Assembly: GCA_965287045.1 (NCBI GenBank)
Contig: OZ336878.1
Coordinates: 96,968,001 to 97,032,000 of the forward strand
DNA: 64,000 nt
From: Carcharhinus amblyrhynchos
Taxonomy: Eukaryota
Direction: 5' to 3'
Shown: one piece after another, positions 40,480 to 53,089 of the stretch
Numbering within the stretch: position 1 is the stretch's first letter
How the letters are laid out: each line of letters begins with the position of its first letter
The notes under the pieces: model-generated
Database searches by the model: none
Told to the model about the DNA's origin: nothing
Seen by the model: only the letters and a program-made list of their open reading frames with translations
Position numbers and translations under genes: made by a program

Positions 40480-41400
40480 GCGCCTCAACATTTTGCAACA
40501 TATATAAATGACTGATGAATCGACTGAAACTGTGCTGACTCATTTTGGTCAGGAAACAAGGATAGGTGGGAAAGAAGAGTGCAGAGAATGTAAGGTAGCA
40601 AGGGATTGAGTTAATGTGCCAAATTTTCTCAAATGTAATGTATTGTGCGCAAAGGTGCAATGGCCCATTATGGCAAGAAGAAAATTAAAGATGTTATAAT
40701 CTAAATAAATAGAGCGAGCAGAGACTGGAGTTGTAGTTTGATCTGAGTATCCTAGTGCAGGAATCACAAGAAGCGTAGCAGACACAAGGAATAATTGTGA
40801 AGCGACCAAAATTGTATCTGTCATTGCAAACTAAATTTGTTACAAATGTTGGGGTCCAATGCCCTAGTTTCAAAGTACCACAGGCGAATTATTGCATCCA
40901 ACATTGTTCTCTTCATTGAAGGAAAGGTGTAGATTCGTTAGAAGATGTTCAGTGAAGGCTTTCTAGAGTAATTCGAGGAAACGACTGGTCTTTTCTATGG
41001 GAAGAGTGGAAGGTTTGTATTTATATCAAATCGAGTTCAGAAGCACCAGGGTGGACTTCATCAAAGCCGCTTAGATCGGGTGGGGTTTTGGCAGGCTTGA
41101 CGTGGAGAGTATGACTCCTCCTGTTGGATAATCTAGACAGAGGGTTCGCCTTGTAAATGTATGGGGTCGACAGTTTAATGAGAACGTGAGGAGAATTTCC
41201 GACCCTCAGAGGATCTTTAGTTTCTGGAAATCCCATTCTCAAAAGGCAGTAGAAGGAGAAATTGAATATGTCAAATGCAGAGCTAGAAAAATAATTGATA
41301 AAGGAGGGTGTGAAAGGATATTGGGGATGGCCTAAAATGTGGGGTTGAAGTTACAGTCATATCAGCCATGACGTCAACGAAAGTCGAAGTTAAGTCATGT
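40480..41400 (+). mobile_element. Old decayed CR1-like LINE (paralog of 35580)
   Basis: Colinear with 35980-36940. Confidence 0.68.
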
Positions 41401-41677
41401 TTGTATTCAAACGATTCAATAAATTGAAACCATCTCCTCCGGTCCTCCTGTAAGATCACATTAGCACATGTATATTACAATTCGATTATTCACTTGCATC
41501 ATTGCATTGGCCTTCCCCATCGGTGTTCTGCATCGAATGTTTTGGAGAATTAACTTTACAAACCAGCTGATTACAATAATGACGAACAAATATATAAAAT
41601 GTACAAAATGGCCTTGTAATCGGCAGTCAGAAACCCGTCGATGATTTTGTTTTCCACGCTGCTTAGAATGCTAACGT

Positions 41678-42350
41678 GATGTGGAGATGCCGGCGTTGAA
41701 TGGGTAGGCACAGTAAGAAGCCAAACACCACCAGGTTAAAGTCCAACCGGTTTATTTGTTAGCAGGAGCTTTGGGAGTCCTGCCACTTCCGCAGGTGAGT
41801 GCAGAGTTGGGTTAATAAAAAGGACATATATTGACAGGCTCAATTAAAATATAATGTTTGGAATACGAATCTTAACAGATAATGACGTCTTTACAGGTGC
41901 AGACTATACGAAAGGAGAGAGGGTTAAGCACACTTTAGAGAGATGTGAATTGTCTCAAGCCAGGACAGTTAGTAAGATTTTGCAAGCCCAGGCAAGTCGT
42001 AGCGTGACGTGACCCCAAGATCCCAGTTCAAGCCGCCCTCAAGTGTGCGGAACTTGGCGATCAGTTTCTGCTCGGTCATTCTGCGTTGTCGTGTGTCTTG
42101 AAGGCCGCCTTAGAGAATGTTTACCCGAAGATCAGAGGCTGAGTTCCCTTGACTGATGAAGTGTGCCCCGACAGGAAGGGGACACAGAGGTATCAATTAA
42201 ACCGTTGTCATGGCGTCTGTGCGTGCGCCTGTGTTTATATGTGGCCTGTTTGTGAACCCAACTCTCCACTCACCTGATGAAGTGTCAGCGTTCCGAAAAC
42301 TCGTGTTACCTAATAAACATGTTGGACTTTAACCTGATTTTGTGACATTT
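41678..42350 (-). mobile_element. Penelope-like element (paralog of 37213)
   Basis: Minus strand encodes LPVGAHF..SASDLRV..GGLQDTRQRRMTEQKLIAKFRT; inverted pLTR with cacctgatga...gaaa; TSD cttagaatgctaacgt / cttggagtgataacat. Confidence 0.82.
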
Positions 42351-42449
42351 CTTGGAGTGATAACATAACAAACAACTGTGAAAATGATGTTTTCTTCATT
42401 TGGGAAGACGAATTCTTACTTGTTCTCCTGGAGATAGGAAAGATGGTTT

Positions 42450-42610
42450 TCTCCAACAAGTTCAATATCGACGCTGGTGCAGTGAATTGGCCATGCAAAA
42501 TCCTTCCCCAGTGCACCCCAACAGGCACAAGAGTGTGGGGCCTAGATTAGTTTCGCCGTGACTTCATTGCAGTTTTAATGTAAATCTATTGTGACACTAA
42601 TAATTAAACT
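42450..42610 (+). mobile_element. SINE 3' half (paralog of 640-900)
   Basis: gtgaattggccatgcaaaatcc...gtgacttcattgcag...ttgtgacactaataa. Confidence 0.68.
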
Positions 42611-42726
42611 TTGTGTGACTGATTGCTCCATCATAATTCTTCCCGCAAATGATTCTTCTGCGAAGCAATCCTTCTGTGCGCTTTTTGAGCATGAACTATA
42701 GGGAGAAAAATTTTAAAAGTAACTAT

Positions 42727-42799
42727 TGCCGTGACTCGGATTCGAACCGAGGTTGCTGCGGCCACAACGCAGAGTACTAAACCACTATACGATCACGGC
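42727..42799 (-). tRNA. tRNA-His(GTG), 73 nt with an extra D-loop U
   Basis: Otherwise identical to canonical; TTTT terminator at 42715-42718. Confidence 0.93.
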
Positions 42800-43420
42800 T
42801 CCACACATGGCTTGATGTACGTTGTCTTTGGTGGATATGCATATATGCCCAACCTGTCCTTCAACTGAAGCACTGTTGTTTTCCTTCTCGGCAGTTTACC
42901 ACGGAAGGATAATTTCCGGTTTCAATCCATTGCCTGCTGAGAGGAAATCTGTCTCACGAATGATCCGTTCTGATGGAAGCTCCTTTACGAACTCTCCATT
43001 TGTCCTTCCAGAATTGTACTTCCAAAATGTTCTGTTGTTGGTACATGTTATACATTGCAGAGTTTCCCCGTTCGTACCTGCGTGGTGAAAAATCTTCGCA
43101 AATGAATTTATAATAATAATAATAAACAAATATGTTAAATGAACAAAATGGCACTGCAATTGCCAGGCAGTATCCCGTCGAAGTGCTGATTCCGCGCTCT
43201 CTCGTGTGCTAACATAAGAAACACTGTGAAACTGAAAAATGTATTTTTATTTAGGAAGGTGAATTTTTACTTGTTCTGCTGGAGATAGCAGAGATGCGTT
43301 TGAATGCGTGTTGCCATCAAAACATGTCTCTTACCACACATGATATTATTACCAGAGTTAATTATTTTCTGTTCACTTTGAGCATGAGCAGCAGGAGACG
43401 TTTGTTTCTAGCTAAACGAA

Positions 43421-43491
43421 TGCCGTGACGCCGGTTCGGAAAGATGTGGCTGCGGCACAACACAAAGTATGAACCATTGTGAGATTAGGGC
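43421..43491 (-). pseudogene. tRNA-His pseudogene (decayed)
   Basis: tgccgtgac...gctgcggcacaac; deleted in the paralogous segments at about 1500 and 17400. Confidence 0.58.
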
Positions 43492-44515
43492 GCCACAGAA
43501 CAACTGTTGCATCGATGTCTGCCCGTGTCAGTGTTGCAACTGAAACACGGCACTCTCGAATAGAACAAAAACAGAAAATGCTGGGAAACAGTGTCAGGTC
43601 GGCCATTTTCTGTGGAGGTAGAAGAGAGCTCAAGGTTTCGAATCCGGATGACCTTTCGTCAGCTCCGTGCATTATTCTGTCCAGGCTGGCCATCAAGCAC
43701 CTTTCTGTTAGAAGTACCGATATATATTGTGAAGCACCTTTGTATTGTCCAACGTAAAACAGAGTCAGCATTGATGGGTCTTTTTTTTGCTTGGCAGCAA
43801 GTGACCAGATGTACCACAGTGATTAGACCTGGCGTTGCAACATATAGTAATTGATATCAATGTATTTGATGCGTACAATTGTTGTTTAAATAGCTCAATT
43901 GTTCACTTAGCATTACAGTGGCGCAAAACTTTGCGAATGTTAGAAATCTGAAATGAAAACCGAAATTTTCTGGAAACATTAGAATCGAAGCATAAGCTTG
44001 GTTTCGCCATCCACAGATGTTGCCAGGTCTGTAACGTTGTTGCAGGACCTTCTGCCCTTATATCAGTTAGCATTGCCTACGGTACTTGTTCCCAGTAAAA
44101 TGCGTCATCACCATCAAATCGGAGCGCTTCCGGAATGGTTTTTGTCGGGAACCTGAAATATTGAGTTCTTTCTCTTCCAGTAGTTTACAAGCACAAACGT
44201 ACACCGAGCGAACCGTTTCTGTGCAACCCCAGATAAATTCTACGTAGTTAGTCAGAGTGTGAAATTACGCAATGCCAATGGAAAGCGATGATACAATGGA
44301 AGAAGCGAGGACAAGGGGATTTGTGATATTAAAGATGGTGGGAGGTAGAAAGGGATCATCCCGCAGAAGAGGTGCGTCTGAACTCCGGTCAATTAGAGAC
44401 ATATATGGAAGGATTAATATTGTGATTGATGGAGCATTTTACCGTCAAAACAAGTATTGTGCACTGCGAATTAAATCTTCTCTGCTCTGCTTCGTGAAAT
44501 ATTTTAAATAACTTT

Positions 44516-44587
44516 GGCTGAGACTCGAATTTGCTCCGAGTTTGCTGCGGCCACAACGGATAATACTAACCACTATAGGCTTACAAC
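44516..44587 (-). pseudogene. tRNA-His pseudogene (type Y)
   Basis: gctgcggccacaacgg...actaaccactata; T-loop destroyed. Confidence 0.7.
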
Positions 44588-46086
44588 ACACAGACGTCTC
44601 GGTACCTTAACTAACCAAGGAAAGGCTTGCGAGCGCTCAGCTTTTAATAACTAAAATGCAGCCTCCTCAACCTTTTGGCGAAGTTATCACAGACGAATAG
44701 CTTCACTTTTCAATACAATGACTACTGACTGAAAGCCTGAATCAATGATGACATGGTCGGAGAAAGGTCATTTTGTAAATTCTCCACAAATCCTTGCAGA
44801 TTTATTCAATTCTTCTATCATATTCTGTTGTTTGGGCATGTTAGTCATGAGATTTTTTTTTTCTGTTCATTGCCTGCGACCTCGGAGCATGGAATTGAGT
44901 GGAAGAATCAATCCACTTTACAATCATTTGTCTTGGTGCGCAAATAATTTTGTCTTTGTCGTATCCATAAGTTAATAATGCGGCTGTTCAAAGACCGTGG
45001 GTCAGCGTCGGATTCTACCTCCCCCCGCCCCGCCCCCGCCCCCCGCTCCAGTAAAAATAATCATCCTTTGGCCTTTCGTTTCATTTGCACATATAAAGTG
45101 TTTTTCTATCCTTTCCGGAGATTTCTCTCACACAATAGCGTTCCTTCCATTCTCACATAACCACTTTAATGTTTGTCTTTCGGGAAACAGCGTCATTTTG
45201 ATAGTTTTTTTTCTCATGACACAAAACCTCTTCAAAATCCCTCATTATTCGTCACAAAAATTATTTATTTCATTTGTCGGTAGTACAGCTTACTCACACA
45301 TTTCAACAGGCAAGATGAGTTTGGATCACGTTCGATCTGATTCACCTCTCCAGGTACCAGCCCAATCGCTCATTAACCCCAGCTGCCAACTTCTCATTGC
45401 TAACCACCACCTATTTTAGAAGGAATAACACAATTGTTCACTTAGCGTGAAAATAATCGCACCGATGACCGGATGGTGGAAATCTGAAAGGAAAACAGAA
45501 ATTTTCAGAAGACCTTATATTCGTTACATCAGCTCAGCTTCTTCATTCACATGTTCCCAAAACTGCAGCGGTTTTTTTTTCCGGCACTTTCCACTTTGAC
45601 CGCCGTGAATATTGCCCGAATTACTGTGTTCCCATCGGGCATGAAGGCACTTCCAGAATTTTGGTTCCGTGGACTCACAACTGCCGAATTGTTTCCCATC
45701 ACGTAATTTCAAAGCACAGATCTTGATCGGTGTGAGTGGAACTGAGTAACACCAGAAACAGAGATAGTAGCCAGCAAACTACAGGGTGTTTGTCAGCGTG
45801 CAACAGGAAACTGAGAATCGAATGGGAGCAGCTCGCAGGGAACGAAAAGGTGAGGCGATGCAATGTGGCAGGAAGGCCTGGTGGAATGGAAGGAGAGAAA
45901 TGAAGGCGATTAGTCATTGTGGGAGTGCAAATATCTGGGCGAAGATGTGGTTTTGTATTCCAGAGCGTCAGAAATATATCTGGAAGCACTATATATGTGA
46001 GTGTTTGAACGATTTGAACCTCCCCACCCCAAAAAAACCCTTTCCGACTTATAAACAGTGGAATGACAAATGTTTAAAGTCGCCGC

Positions 46087-46158
46087 TGCCGTAGTGCGGG
46101 TTTGAACCGAGGTTGGCGCGCTCGCAACGCAGGCAAGTACCCATTACGCAATTATGAC
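46087..46158 (-). pseudogene. tRNA-His pseudogene (type Z)
   Basis: tgccgtag...tttgaaccgaggtt; decayed. Confidence 0.55.
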
Positions 46159-46407
46159 ATCACAAATTGCTGAATGCGAGGTAGCCTTGCCCGAGAAACA
46201 TATGCGTTCACGCAGCCCTGCAACTCACAGACAGAGCTTTGCATTTCGGCCAGATTTTCGCAAACAAAAGGTTTTCCTCTCAAAAATTTGGCTGCTGACT
46301 AAAAAAAAAGCCTCACTAATGACCCTTTCGGATGGAAAATCGTTGCATGATTTACTTCGGCCAAATTTGATTATTTCCGACCCATGAGGAAAATAATGGG
46401 TGAACGT

Positions 46408-47563
46408 AAGAACATAAGAACATAAGACATAGGAGCAGGAGTAGGCCATCTGGCCCTTCGAGCCTGCGCCGCCATTCAATAAGATCATGGCTGATCTGTC
46501 GTGGCTCAGTTCCACTTTCCCGCCCTCGCCCCATAACCCTTAATCCCCTCTCTTATCAAAAACCCATCAACCCGCTTCTTGAAAATATTTAGCGAGGCAG
46601 CCTCCACCACTTCAACGGGTAGAGACTTCCAGAGATTCACCACCCTTTGAGTGAAGAAGTTCCTCCTCAACTCCGTTCTAAAACGCCCCCCCCCCCCTTT
46701 ATCTTGAGGCTGTGCCCCCTAGTCCTGCTGTCTTTTTTGAGCGGGAAGAGTCTCTCCACCTCTATCCTATCCATCCCATTCATCATCTTATACGTCTCAA
46801 TGAGACCTCCCCTCATTCTTCTAAACGCCAACGAGTACAAGCCTAGTTTATTCAGCCTCTCCTCATAGCTCAACCCCCTCAACTCCGGTATCAGCCTAGT
46901 AAACCTCCTCTGCACTCCCTCCAGGGCCAAAATATCTTTGCGCAGGTGCGGCGCCCAAAACTGCACACAGTACTCCAGCTGCGGCCTCACCAATGCCCTA
47001 TACAGCTGCAGCAAGACCTCCCTACTTTTATATTCAATCCCCTTCGCTATGAAGGCCAGCATCCCATTCGCCTTCCTGACCACCTGCTGCACCTGCAAGC
47101 TGGGTTTTTGCGACTCATGCACAAGGACCCCGAGGTCCCTCTGCACCGTCGCCTGCTGCAGTTTTTCGCCCCATAAGTAATAGTCCTTCCTACCATTCTT
47201 CCTACCAAAGTGGACCACCTCACACTTGCCAACATTAAATTCCATTTGCCATTTCCTGGCCCATTCGCCCAGCCTATCTAGATCCTTCTGCAGACTCTCC
47301 ACACCCTCCGCACAATTTGCCGTTCCCCCAATCTTGGTGTCATCCGCAAATTTCGACACCCTACACTCGGTTCCCTCCTCCAGATCATCTATATAAATGG
47401 TAAAAAGCTGAGGCCCCAGCACCGACCCCTGGGGCACTCCACTAGTCACCATCCGCCAATCCGAATAGCACCCGTTGACCCCTACTCTCTGACTCCTATT
47501 TGACAACCAATCCTCTATCCACGCTAACACCCTACCCCCAACTCCAAGTGCCATGACCTTCTC
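46408..47563 (-). mobile_element. 5'-truncated CR1/HER1-like LINE (young subfamily)
   Basis: ORF 46667-47617 RT motifs SGVPQGSVLGP and KFADDTK; tail aacataagaacataag; near-identical to the 25549 copy. Confidence 0.95.
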
Positions 47564-47897
47564 GAGTGAATTGAGTGAAGAGTTAATGTGTTGTCGAGAA
47601 TCGAGTGGATCAGACAAATAATATGGTTTGGAAGTGAATCAAAGTTGGTGAATTATCTGCTAAATGTTAGCAGTGTTTCCAGTTTCCCTGGCAACGCGCC
47701 ACATGCCTAGCGGCTTAATTTCCTTTCTTGATTTTTTTTCCCTCACACAACAGGATGCTTTATATTTTCACACACACACACACACGCACACACTTCAATA
47801 TTCATTTTCTGAACATTCTGAAGCTTTCTTTCGCATGACGTTAAACCTCTTCTAAATCTCCCATTTCCTGACATTAGATTTATTTTTGTCATTCAGT

Positions 47898-48090
47898 TAA
47901 TGGGAGAGATGCAGAAGTGTCCAGAGGGTCATTTCTTTTTTCACACGAAGGGCGCAGAGTTTTTCGAACAAGCTGCCACAGGTAGCAGTAGCGGGGACTA
48001 CAATTTTATCTTTTAAAAAAGGGCAGCATGGATAAGTTCGGCCGAATGCCTGTTTCCATGCTGTATACCTCTATGACTCTCTATGACTCT
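47898..48090 (+). mobile_element. CR1/HER1-like 3' end
   Basis: tttttcacac...aacaagctgcca, tail cctgtttccatgctgtata followed by (ctctatga)n. Confidence 0.72.
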
Positions 48091-48290
48091 AAGAGAAGTA
48101 AACGAATTTAGTGGCTTTATGCGTACAAAAGTCTGGGTCAAGATTAGCTTTTTGAATTCCGGAGCATCAGAAACATATCTGGGAGCATTCTATATGTGAC
48201 TGCTTGAACGATTTGCCGTAAATAAAAATGGCCAGTATTTTTTCTTTTCGTCGCTTGAGCAGCAGAGTGACAAATATTTAAAATACCCAC

Positions 48291-48362
48291 TGCTGTGAGT
48301 TGGATATGAACCGATGTTGCTGCAGCCACAATGCAGCGTACTAACCACTGTACCGTCTCGAT
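48291..48362 (-). pseudogene. tRNA-His pseudogene
   Basis: gttgctgcagccacaatgcagcgtactaaccact core. Confidence 0.65.
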
Positions 48363-49184
48363 GCCGCGGGCGGCTTGGTGCCCGGGAAGTCACATATTTC
48401 AACACAGTCCTGCAACTAAACGACAGCAATTTGCATCTCGGCCTGCTGATCGCAGACAAATAGATTTTCCTTTCAAACAATGTATTTTTCTCTCTCACAC
48501 AAGAGGTTTCGTGACATTTTCACAATTCACGTTATTGTAACTTTTTTTTCCAAAAACTGTATCATGAGACATGTTCATTCTGAAGGCTTCTTTTCGCGTG
48601 ACACGAAACACTTTCTAAATCTCTCATTTGCTATCACTAGAGTTATTTTTGTCATTCAGTGAACTCGTAGGTTTCAAGTTCAGATTGTAACACAATCGAT
48701 CTTCCTGACATTTCTGCTTGCAGCCAATCATTCATGAACACCAACGTCTGAGTGCTAAACACCACATATTTTGCAAATATATTCCAAATATTCACTGACC
48801 AGTACAAATGAATGAGAAATAAAATGTGATGTGGATACGCCCGCTTATCGCTGTTATTGAACGACTTCCTTTCGTTTCCTGAATATTTATCTCACATAAG
48901 AGCGTTCCTTCAATCTTGTCACACACATTTTAATGTCTGATTTTTTTCTCGAAAAGTACCGTCGTTCTTTCTGAAGGCTTTCCCCCGATGCAAAACATCT
49001 CCTACATCTCTCATTTTACGTCACTATATCTATTGTTTCATTAACCTCGCCCCCCCCCCCCCCCACCATTCAGTTTACTCGCACTTTTCAACAGATAAGA
49101 TGAATTTCGAATGCAAAATCTTATCTTCCTATCCAAGTTTCATCCAATCAGCCATGAATCCCAGCTGCCAACAGATGAGTACCA

Positions 49185-49330
49185 TAAAACATCCTGACTA
49201 GATAAATAAACACTCGGATAAAACTTACTTGCACCCTTTCCAAAGCATCTCCCGTCCTTCTGGCACTGTGGATAACAGAACTGCGCGCAGTATTGTAATT
49301 ATGTAACCAAAGTTTCGTTCAGCTGCAACA
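49185..49330 (-). mobile_element. Decayed CR1 fragment
   Basis: cagaactgcgcgcagtatt...cagctgcaaca is the reverse of the LQL...YCAQFC region. Confidence 0.5.
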
Positions 49331-50734
49331 GAAGCGAGTTTGAAGGAGCTCGGGCGGTGGTGCGTTTGAATTCTGGACCTTCAGCGACATGCATGAAAGG
49401 ATTATAAGTGACTGATTGAGAGTGCTTCCGGGAGCCCGACTCCTCCGACTGAGCTGCATTCACTATTCACTGCCCTGCGTACCTTCCTCTATTTGGCTGA
49501 CATAAACGAAAATGAGACAACAGAGACCCGTGTACTCTATATTGGGTCGAGCTGTTGTTCTCTGTTAGTTTCAAACATGCTTTGTCTGAATCACTTCGAC
49601 CAAATTTGATTAATTCTGACCCTCGATGAAAATAATGCGATGAACTGAAATAAATGTTTCATGTGTTTTCGGGTTTCGAATGGATCGAGACAAACCTTAC
49701 TTCTAGTCGGTGAATTAAAAGTCAGTCACCCATCTGGGGTGTTTTCAATGTTTGCTGTTTCCGAGGCAAGGCGCCAAATACCTAACGGCTTCATTTCCTT
49801 ACTTGAGTCTTTATCTCGCACAATGGCGCTCCGTACGTTTTCACACATCCGCTTTAATGGTTCTCTTTCCAGAAACTGCGCCACGCGCCAGTTTCATTGT
49901 AAAAGTTTTATGCGTGATGCAAAACGGCTTCTAAATCTCTCATTTTCCATAACTGTGATTATGTTCCTTTTCATTTATCTGCCTTTCAGCTCGCTCGCGC
50001 ATTTGAATAGAGAAGGCGAGCTTGGAGCAGGTTCGATCTTGTTCACCTCTCCAGTTTTCAGTCGGTCACTCACGAACACCTGAGCGCAAAACGCCACACA
50101 TTTTGCAAACATCATGCAAATGTTCACTCCGCGTTACAATAAATGTAAAATTATGCTGATGGCGGAAATCTGGAAAAAAAAGGAAGTTTCTGGAAACATT
50201 AGACTCGAAACAGAGGCACTGTTTCCCTCTTCACAGATTTTGCCAGAACATTAATGTTGTTGCGGCACTTACCCTTCAGTTCGCATGGTCTGCGTTCATA
50301 TCTTACCGGTAAATTGATGTGATTGGATGTGCTTAGAGGCGTTTAGAGGATTTTGGCCATGAGCCACAAAAATTGAAATGTTTCTCTCGCAGTTTATTTG
50401 AAAGCACTCATCTACATCAGTGCAAAAGGGTAGCCAACAAACTTCATGGCGTTAGAGAATGTGTGAGATAATGCATTGTCACAAGACAATTGGATTGAAT
50501 GGAAGGAGCGAACTAAAGGAGATTAGTCATTGTGGAAAGGGAAAAGAGTAGTGTTTGAATTCTGAAGCATAAGAGAGACATTTAAGGGAAGTAGATATGA
50601 AGCAATTTTATCTGTAACTAATTGAGTGTTTCGTCATCAAAACATATCTTCGTCTGAAACGATTCTCTTCTGTTAAATACTTTTTTGGTTGTTTGAACCT
50701 GAGCTGCAGCGTGCCAAACTTTTAAAATAACCAT

Positions 50735-50805
50735 TCTCCTGACTTCGGTCGAACGGAGGCTGCTGCTATTGCAAGGCAGAGTATGAACCATCATACGGCC
50801 ACGGC
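50735..50805 (-). pseudogene. tRNA-His pseudogene (decayed)
   Basis: gcagagtatgaaccatcatacggccacggc at the unit position. Confidence 0.5.
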
Positions 50806-50980
50806 ATCTTCGATGGGATGGTGCACCATTGACTGCCTAAATGAAGCCATATGTCCACACAGCCCATCAACTCAAGGAAAACGTTGTCCCTCTCGGCCAA
50901 CTTATCACAATGGAATTGTTCCATCTTTCAAACCACTGGCTGCCGACTGAAAATTTGTCTTAGGAAGGACCAGTTCGGAT

Positions 50981-51780
50981 AAGAATGGTAGGAAGGACTA
51001 TTACTTACGTGGCGAAAAACTGCAGCAGGCGACGGTGCAGAGGGACCTCGGGGTCCTTGTGCATGAGTCGCAAAAACCCAGCTTGCAGGTGCAGCAGGTG
51101 GTCAGGAAGGCGAATGGGATGCTGGCCTTCATAGCGAGGGGGATTGAATATAAAAGTAGGGAGGTCTTGCTGCAGCTGTATAGGGCATTGGTGAGGCCGC
51201 AGCTGGAGTACTGTGTGCAGTTTTGGGCGCCGCACCTGCGCAAGGATATTTTGGCCCTGGAGGGAGTGCAGAGGAGGTTTACTAGGCTGATACCGGAGTT
51301 GAGGGGATTGAGCTATGAGGAGAGGCTGAATAAACTAGGCTTGTACTCGTTAGAGTTTAGAAGAATGAGGGGAGATCTCATTGAGACGTATAAGATGATG
51401 AATGGGATGGATAGGATAGAGGTGGAGAGACTCTTCCCGCTCAAAAAAGACAGTAGGACTAGGGGGCACAGCCTCAAGATAAAGGGGAGGCGGTTTAGAA
51501 CGGAGTTGAGGAGGAACTTCTTCACTCAAAGGGTGGTGAATCTCTGGAATTCTCTGCCCGTTGAAGTGGTGGAGGCTGCCTCGCTAAATATTTTTAAGAA
51601 GCGGGTCGATGGGTTCTTGATAAGCGAGGGGATTAAGGGTTATGGGGAGAGGGCGGGAAAGTGGAACTGAGCCACAACAGATCAGCCATGATCTTATTGA
51701 ATGGCGGGGCAGGCTCGAAGGGCTAGATGGCCTACTCCTGCTCCTATTTCTTATGTTCTTATGTTATGTTCTTATGTTCT
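50981..51780 (+). mobile_element. 5'-truncated CR1/HER1-like LINE (young subfamily, intact C-terminal frame)
   Basis: ORF 51035-51670 RDLGVLVH...FFTQRVVNLWNSLP...GERAGKWN; tail (ttcttatg)n. Confidence 0.95.
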
Positions 51781-52019
51781 AACTCGCCACATGATTTTTG
51801 ACTCTCCACAAATCCGTTCAGAATTGTTTTGTACTTCCTGCAAAATCTGTTGCTAGTGCATTGTACATACGAAGATGTTTTCATGTTCGTTGCTTGTGGA
51901 CCTCAAGGCATAGAGTTGTGCGGTGGGATAAATGCATTTTACAATCATTTGCTTTGGCAACGTCACACGACTGTGAGGATGGAATGGAAAGTGTGACTAC
52001 GTCACTCTTTCCATTTTGG

Positions 52020-52530
52020 CATATCTGTTACGCGTCTCACTAACTTTTACAGATGCAATATAGACAATATTATTTCTGGTTTGATCACAGCTTGATATGG
52101 CTTCTGCTCTGTCCAACACCTCAAAATACTACAAAGGATCGTGAACGAAACCCAGCCCATCACGCAAATGAGCCCCCCATTGATTGATTCCGTCTGCACT
52201 TCCTGCTATCTCGGAAAACCAGGAAAGATTATCAATGACTCAACTTACTCTGGGCGTACGATCTTCCACCTTCATTCGTCAAGAAAATATACAACATTCT
52301 GACGTCATGCACCAAATGGGTCAACACAGCTTCTTCCTCGATGCCGCCAGGCTTTTGAATGATCTACCTCTTATTACGTCGATCTGTCTCTACAGCATAA
52401 GGATGACTGCATCACTACATTCTGCACCGCCTCCGATCCTTCTCTATGAATGGTATTTTTCTTAAGGACAGCACGCAGGAAACATCACTTTTCATTCGGT
52501 TCAAGTGACAATAATAAATCAGTCAAATCA
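52020..52530 (+). mobile_element. Rex/Babar- or L2-like LINE 3' fragment (decayed)
   Basis: atcacagcttgatatggc...gcccatcacgcaaa...acagcttcttcc...gacaataataaatcagtcaaatcaa resembles fish Rex1/Babar 3' ends (from memory). Confidence 0.55.
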
Positions 52531-52642
52531 AGTAAAGGATATTAGTGAAAGTGAAGAGGGGGATATCTGAGACAAGAGACCAGCACTGAATGCTGGAGCT
52601 TCAAATACATGCAAGGGCGCTAGATACGGAAGGATTTTTGGA

Positions 52643-52910
52643 GGGCGGTACGGAACCGCAATTGTAATCACTGTTGCCAGGGACGCGGGTTCGATTCCCT
52701 GCTTTGGTTACTGTCTGTGCTGAGTCTGCATGTTCTCCCCGAGTCTGCGTGCGTTTCCTCCGGCTGCTGCTTCCCCTACATGTGAAAGAGGAAAGGGGTA
52801 AGTGCGCTGGCCATGCAAAGTTCGTCCTCGGTGAACAGGCGACTAGCGGATTTTCACAATAAACTCATTGCAGTATCAATGCAAGCCTTCTTGTGACACT
52901 TATAATTAAA
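52643..52910 (+). mobile_element. tRNA-derived SINE (HE1/V-SINE-like)
   Basis: gccagggacgcgggttcgattccc B box; ctgtctgtg...ttctccccgagtctgcgtgcgtttcctccgg V-domain-like core; same tail as the other copies. Confidence 0.78.
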
Positions 52911-53029
52911 CTGTAAACTTCATGTGACTGATTGAGCGGGTTGCCATCAAACATGGCTTCCCTTGCAAATGATGCTTCTTTGCAAATGACGATGAGCAGC
53001 ATGAAGCGATTTTTTTTATAAATGGCCAG

Positions 53030-53089
53030 TGCTGTGATTTGCATTCGAGCCTTGGCTGCTGCGGATTACTAACAACTATACGATAATGG
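53030..53089 (-). pseudogene. tRNA-His pseudogene with anticodon arm deletion
   Basis: gctgcgg joined directly to tactaacaactatacgat. Confidence 0.55.

Noticed and set aside
20393-46158. Apparent anticodon switches (GCG at 20393 and 46087, TTG at 38149)
   Set aside because: These copies have broken A/B boxes and stems, so the changes are best explained as pseudogene decay.
46667-47617. 316-aa ORF as a functional or fusion gene
   Set aside because: It is a 5'-truncated CR1 RT whose N-terminus is a chance read-in from spacer DNA.
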